In this document: in pieces, positions 60,898 to 64,000 of the stretch
Position numbering within the stretch: position 1 is the first letter of the stretch
Layout of the letters: the number at the start of each line of letters is the position of its first letter
Assembly (NCBI GenBank): GCA_964428815.1
Contig: CAYSAC010000002.1
Span: 5,062 to 69,061 of the forward strand
Reading direction: 5' to 3'
From: an uncultured Acidimicrobiaceae bacterium
GTDB taxonomy: Bacteria; Actinomycetota; Acidimicrobiia; Acidimicrobiales; CAYSAC01
Length of the DNA stretch: 64,000 nt
Made by a program: the position numbers and the translations under genes
The notes under the pieces: generated by a model
What the model saw: only the letters and a program-made list of their open reading frames with translations
Told to the model about the DNA's origin: nothing
The model's database searches: none

Positions 60898-63009
60898 TCA
60901 GACGTCGAGGAGGCTCTTGATCGCCGCGAGGATCCTGGGGGTGTCGACGAACACCTCGGCCTCCAGCGGTCCCGCGAACGGGTAGGCCGGGACGTCGGCC
61001 ATGCCGAGGCGGCGCACCGGCGCATCGAGGTCGTAGAACGCCTCCTCGGCGACGATCGCCGCGACCTCCGCACCGACGCCGAAGCTGATGTTGTCCTCCT
61101 GCACGACGAGCACGCGTCCGGTCTTCGTCGCGGAGGCGAGCACCGTGTCGCGGTCGAGCGGGGAGATCGTGCGCAGGTCGACGACCTCCACCGAGATGCC
61201 CTCGCCCGCGAGCGCTTCGGCCGCCTCGAGCGCGAGGTGCCGGTGGAGTCCCCACGTGATGATGCTGCAGTCGTCGCCGGATCGAGCGACGTCGGCCACA
61301 CCGATGGGCACGCGCCACCCCGGGTCGTCTGGCACGAGGCCCTTGATCAGCCGGTAGGTCTTCTTGTGCTCGAGGAAGAGGACGGGGTCGGGGTCCTCGA
61401 CCGCTTCGCGCAGCAGGCCGGCGACATCGGCCGGCGTCGACGGGGCCACGACCTTGAGACCGGCGACGTGCGCGTAGAACGCCTCGATCGACTGCGAGTG
61501 GTAGAGCGCTCCGTGGACGCCGCCACCCCACGGCGCGCGGATGACGAGCGGCACCGAGAAGTCACCGTTCGAGCGGTAGTGGATCTTGGCCGCCTCGCTC
61601 ACGATCTGGTCGAAGGCCGAGTGGATGAAGTCGGCGAACTGGATCTCGGCGATCGGTCGCAGCCCCGCCAGCGCGAGCCCGATGCCGATGCCGATGATCG
61701 AGCTCTCCGCCAGCGGCGTGTCGATGACGCGGTCGTCGCCGAACTCCTCGGCCAGCCCATCCGTCGCGCGGAACACCCCACCACGCGGCCCGACGTCCTC
61801 ACCGAGGATCACCACGCGCTCGTCCGCCGCCATCAGGTCGTGCTGGACCTGGCGGAGGGTGTCGATGATCGTGCGCTCTGTGCCACCCTCGGGGACTGCC
61901 ATCGCGGGGCGAGCCTCAATCGGATCGCCGGCGCCCTGCGGCGCACCGGGGATGGCGCGCAGCGGCCGCGCGTAGACCTTCGTGTAGACGCTGGCGGGCT
62001 CGGCGATCGTCGCGGCTTCGGCGCGCTTCGCGGCGCCGTCGACCTCGGTCTTGATCTCGGCCTCGATGCGGTCCTCGTCGGACTCGGACAGCAGGCGCTG
62101 CTCGATGAGGTACTGCTTGATCCGCTGGAGCGGGTCCTTCTTGCGCCAGGCCTCGACCTCCTGCGGGGTGCGGTAGGTGCGATCGTCGTCGTCGGAGGTG
62201 TGGGCGAGGTAGCGGTAGGTCTTGCACTCGACGAGGGTGGGGCCCTCACCCTTGCGTGCTCGTCGGACGGCGCTGTGCACCGCGGCGTAGACGTCGATGG
62301 GGTCGTTGCCATCGACGATCACGCCGCCGAAGCCGTACGCGTGGGCGCGCTCCGCGACGTTCTCGACCGCGGACTCCTTCGCCAGCGGCACCGAGATGGC
62401 GTAACCGTTGTTCTCGCAGACGAAGACCATCGCCAGCCTGTGGATGCCCGCGAAGTTCAGCGCCTCGTGGAAGTCGCCCTTCGACGTCGCCCCCTCGCCG
62501 AAGAAGCTGACCGCGACCTTGTCCTCCTTGCGCAGCCGCGCCGCGTAGGCCAGCCCCGCGGCGTGCGGCAGCTGGGTCGCGATCGGGGACGAGCCGGTGA
62601 TCACGTTCAGCGCGCTGCTGCCCCAGTGGCTGGGCATCTGCCGCCCACCCGAGCAGGGGTCGTCGGCCCGGGCGAACACTCCCAGGAGGATCTGCTCCGC
62701 GGTCATGCCGAGGGTGAGCATCACGCCCATGTCCCGGTAGTACGGCAGGACGATGTCGTGGCCCGCGCGCAGCGCCCACGCGGCGCCGACCTGCGCGCCC
62801 TCGTGGCCCTGGCCGCTCACGACGAAGGCGGCCTTGCCCATCCGGTTGAGGCCCCAGATCTTCTGGTCGAGCATGCGGCAGAGCAGGATCGTGCGGAACA
62901 TGCCGACGACGTCCTCGCTCGTCAGGCCGAGCTCGGTGTGGCGGTCGTGCAGGTGCAGCAACGAGAGGTCGTCGTCGGTGGGCCGGGACCCGGTCATCGC
63001 TTGCGCCAT
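60898..63009 (-). CDS. Fused E1 alpha-beta component of a (branched-chain) 2-oxoacid dehydrogenase, 703 aa
   Basis: Track ORF 60898..63906 trimmed to the ATG at 63009 (AGGGGAAG RBS, just after the dehydrogenase stop). The alpha part has the ThDP box GEGATSKGDFHEALNFAGIHRLAMVFVCENNGYAIS. The beta part starts around the internal Met at 61902 (MAVPEGGTERTIIDTLRQ ... VILGEDVG ... DTPLAESSIIG), with no stop codon between them. Confidence 0.85.
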   Translation of the reverse strand: MAQAMTGSRPTDDDLSLLHLHDRHTELGLTSEDVVGMFRTILLCRMLDQKIWGLNRMGKAAFVVSGQGHEGAQVGAAWALRAGHDIVLPYYRDMGVMLTLGMTAEQILLGVFARADDPCSGGRQMPSHWGSSALNVITGSSPIATQLPHAAGLAYAARLRKEDKVAVSFFGEGATSKGDFHEALNFAGIHRLAMVFVCENNGYAISVPLAKESAVENVAERAHAYGFGGVIVDGNDPIDVYAAVHSAVRRARKGEGPTLVECKTYRYLAHTSDDDDRTYRTPQEVEAWRKKDPLQRIKQYLIEQRLLSESDEDRIEAEIKTEVDGAAKRAEAATIAEPASVYTKVYARPLRAIPGAPQGAGDPIEARPAMAVPEGGTERTIIDTLRQVQHDLMAADERVVILGEDVGPRGGVFRATDGLAEEFGDDRVIDTPLAESSIIGIGIGLALAGLRPIAEIQFADFIHSAFDQIVSEAAKIHYRSNGDFSVPLVIRAPWGGGVHGALYHSQSIEAFYAHVAGLKVVAPSTPADVAGLLREAVEDPDPVLFLEHKKTYRLIKGLVPDDPGWRVPIGVADVARSGDDCSIITWGLHRHLALEAAEALAGEGISVEVVDLRTISPLDRDTVLASATKTGRVLVVQEDNISFGVGAEVAAIVAEEAFYDLDAPVRRLGMADVPAYPFAGPLEAEVFVDTPRILAAIKSLLDV

Positions 63010-63020
63010 CTGCTTCCCCT

Positions 63021-64000
63021 TCAGCCGCGCGCTGGTGCGCTGGCGCCGTCGATCCGTTGCTCGGCGAGGCGGTCGGCCGCCAGCGCCGTCGTGATGCCCT
63101 GCTCCTCGGCCAGGTCGAGCACCCGCAGGACCGTGTCGTGGATGCCTTCGATGTGCCGGTACGCGATCGCCCGATCGTAGCCACCCGGTTCGTGAGCGAT
63201 GTTGATGACGCCGCCGGCGTTCACGACGTAGTCGGGCGCGTACAGCACACCGCGCTGGCGGAGCCGCTCGCCATCTGCCTCGTCCTCCAGCTGGTTGTTG
63301 GCCGATCCGACCACTGCGGCGCACCGCAGCTCCGGGATCGTGCGGGCGTTCAACGTCGCGCCGAGGGCGCAGGGGCTGTAGATGTCGCAGGCCACCGCGT
63401 GCGCCTCCTGGGGGGAGACGACCGCGGCGCCCGTCACGGCGGCGGTCGCCTCCACGGCAGCGTCGTTGACGTCGGCGATGGTCAGCCGCGCGCCGTCCTC
63501 GTGGAGGTGGCGCGCGAGGGCGGACCCGACCTTGCCGACCCCGGTGATGCACACATGCCGGCCGGCGAGGCCCTCGGCGCCCCACAGCCGGCCCGCGACC
63601 GCGCGCATCGCCCACAGCACACCCGACGCGGTGGCCGGCGAGGGGTCGCCGGAGCCGCCGAGCGACTCGCTCAGGCCGGTCACGAAGGGGGTCACCGTGC
63701 GGATGAGGTCCATGTCGGCCTGCGTCGTGCCGACGTCCTCTGCGGTGAGGTAGCGGCCGCCGAGCCGGTGGACGGCCAGCGCGTACGCGCGGATCAGCTC
63801 GTCGCTTCGCAGCAGCCGGGGATCGCCGAGGATGACCGCCTTGCCGCCGCCTTGGTCGAGGCCGGCGACGGCGTGCTTGTAGGTCATCCCCCGCGCCAGG
63901 CGGCACACGTCGATGAGCGCCTCGGTCTCGGTGGCGTAGGGGTAGAAGCGCGTGCCACCCAGGCCAGGGCCCAGGACCGTCGAGTGCACGGCGATGATCG
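63021..64000 (-). CDS. Leucine/valine dehydrogenase (Glu/Leu/Phe/Val dehydrogenase family), 5' end outside the window
   Basis: LGPGLGGTRF, DQGGGKAVILGDP (catalytic Lys box), Rossmann ITGVGKVGSALARHL, VVGSANNQL. The ORF stays open to the window edge. Confidence 0.9.
   Translation of the reverse strand, partial: IIAVHSTVLGPGLGGTRFYPYATETEALIDVCRLARGMTYKHAVAGLDQGGGKAVILGDPRLLRSDELIRAYALAVHRLGGRYLTAEDVGTTQADMDLIRTVTPFVTGLSESLGGSGDPSPATASGVLWAMRAVAGRLWGAEGLAGRHVCITGVGKVGSALARHLHEDGARLTIADVNDAAVEATAAVTGAAVVSPQEAHAVACDIYSPCALGATLNARTIPELRCAAVVGSANNQLEDEADGERLRQRGVLYAPDYVVNAGGVINIAHEPGGYDRAIAYRHIEGIHDTVLRVLDLAEEQGITTALAADRLAEQRIDGASAPARG

Noticed and set aside
61237-63180. 647-aa plus-strand ORF opposite the E1 alpha-beta gene
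   Set aside because: The translation is Asp/Arg/Val/Gly-rich with no motifs. The minus strand encodes ThDP and transketolase-like domains.
63010-63906. N-terminal 299 codons of the 1002-aa track ORF 60898..63906
   Set aside because: They overlap the Leu/Val dehydrogenase gene in another frame and are almost pure Arg/Gly/Pro. An ATG with a good RBS at 63009 starts a normal E1 alpha N-terminus.
1-64000. CRISPR arrays, tRNA/rRNA genes, IS elements, integrases or prophage genes
   Set aside because: Reading both strands, I saw no regularly spaced direct repeats, no cloverleaf-like or rRNA-like segments, and no transposase or integrase motifs. This negative result comes from visual inspection only and should be confirmed with tRNAscan-SE, Infernal, ISfinder and a CRISPR finder.

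Overview
High-GC (about 70% by eye), actinobacterial-type chromosomal segment.

**Glycan island (1 to ~55,280).** The window starts inside one uninterrupted glycan assembly and decoration island. It contains:
- a priming polyprenyl-P sugar-phosphate transferase;
- 9 GT4 and 6 GT2 glycosyltransferase domains;
- a Wzy/O-antigen-ligase-like membrane protein and a split Wzz + BY-tyrosine-kinase pair;
- a Wzm/Wzt-type ABC exporter whose ATPase carries an extra C-terminal domain;
- an RfbF-like nucleotidyltransferase and a CDP-glucose-4,6-dehydratase-like SDR;
- 12 (possibly 13) SAM-methyltransferase domains;
- 4 intact sulfotransferases of three sequence types, plus one sulfotransferase pseudogene with three frameshifts;
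- one canonical Cys-type sulfatase and two non-canonical (T-x-P-x-H) alkaline-phosphatase-superfamily enzymes;
- a divergent module of adenylation enzyme, carrier protein, acyl-CoA-dehydrogenase and LbH acyltransferase, followed by a small-molecule-type O-methyltransferase and a 2OG-Fe(II) oxygenase.

The island ends with a secreted clan-GH-A-like hydrolase, a DUF4012-like membrane protein and an LPXTG-type surface protein.

**Housekeeping genes (from ~55.3 kb).** purF, purM, an orphan receiver domain, a ParA-like ATPase translationally coupled to a small zinc-ribbon protein, pyrE, a fused E1 alpha-beta 2-oxoacid dehydrogenase, and a Leu/Val dehydrogenase that runs off the window.

**Not found.** I recognised no rRNA, tRNA, CRISPR, transposase or integrase.

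**Most interesting reading.** The island looks built to make one or more heavily methylated, sulfated cell-surface glycans, possibly carrying an unusual carrier-protein-derived acyl group. I know of no described example of that combination.

**Method limits.** All functional calls rest on motifs read by eye in the supplied translations. No database search was run. Many ORF-track models were trimmed at their 5' ends because they ran into the neighbouring gene.
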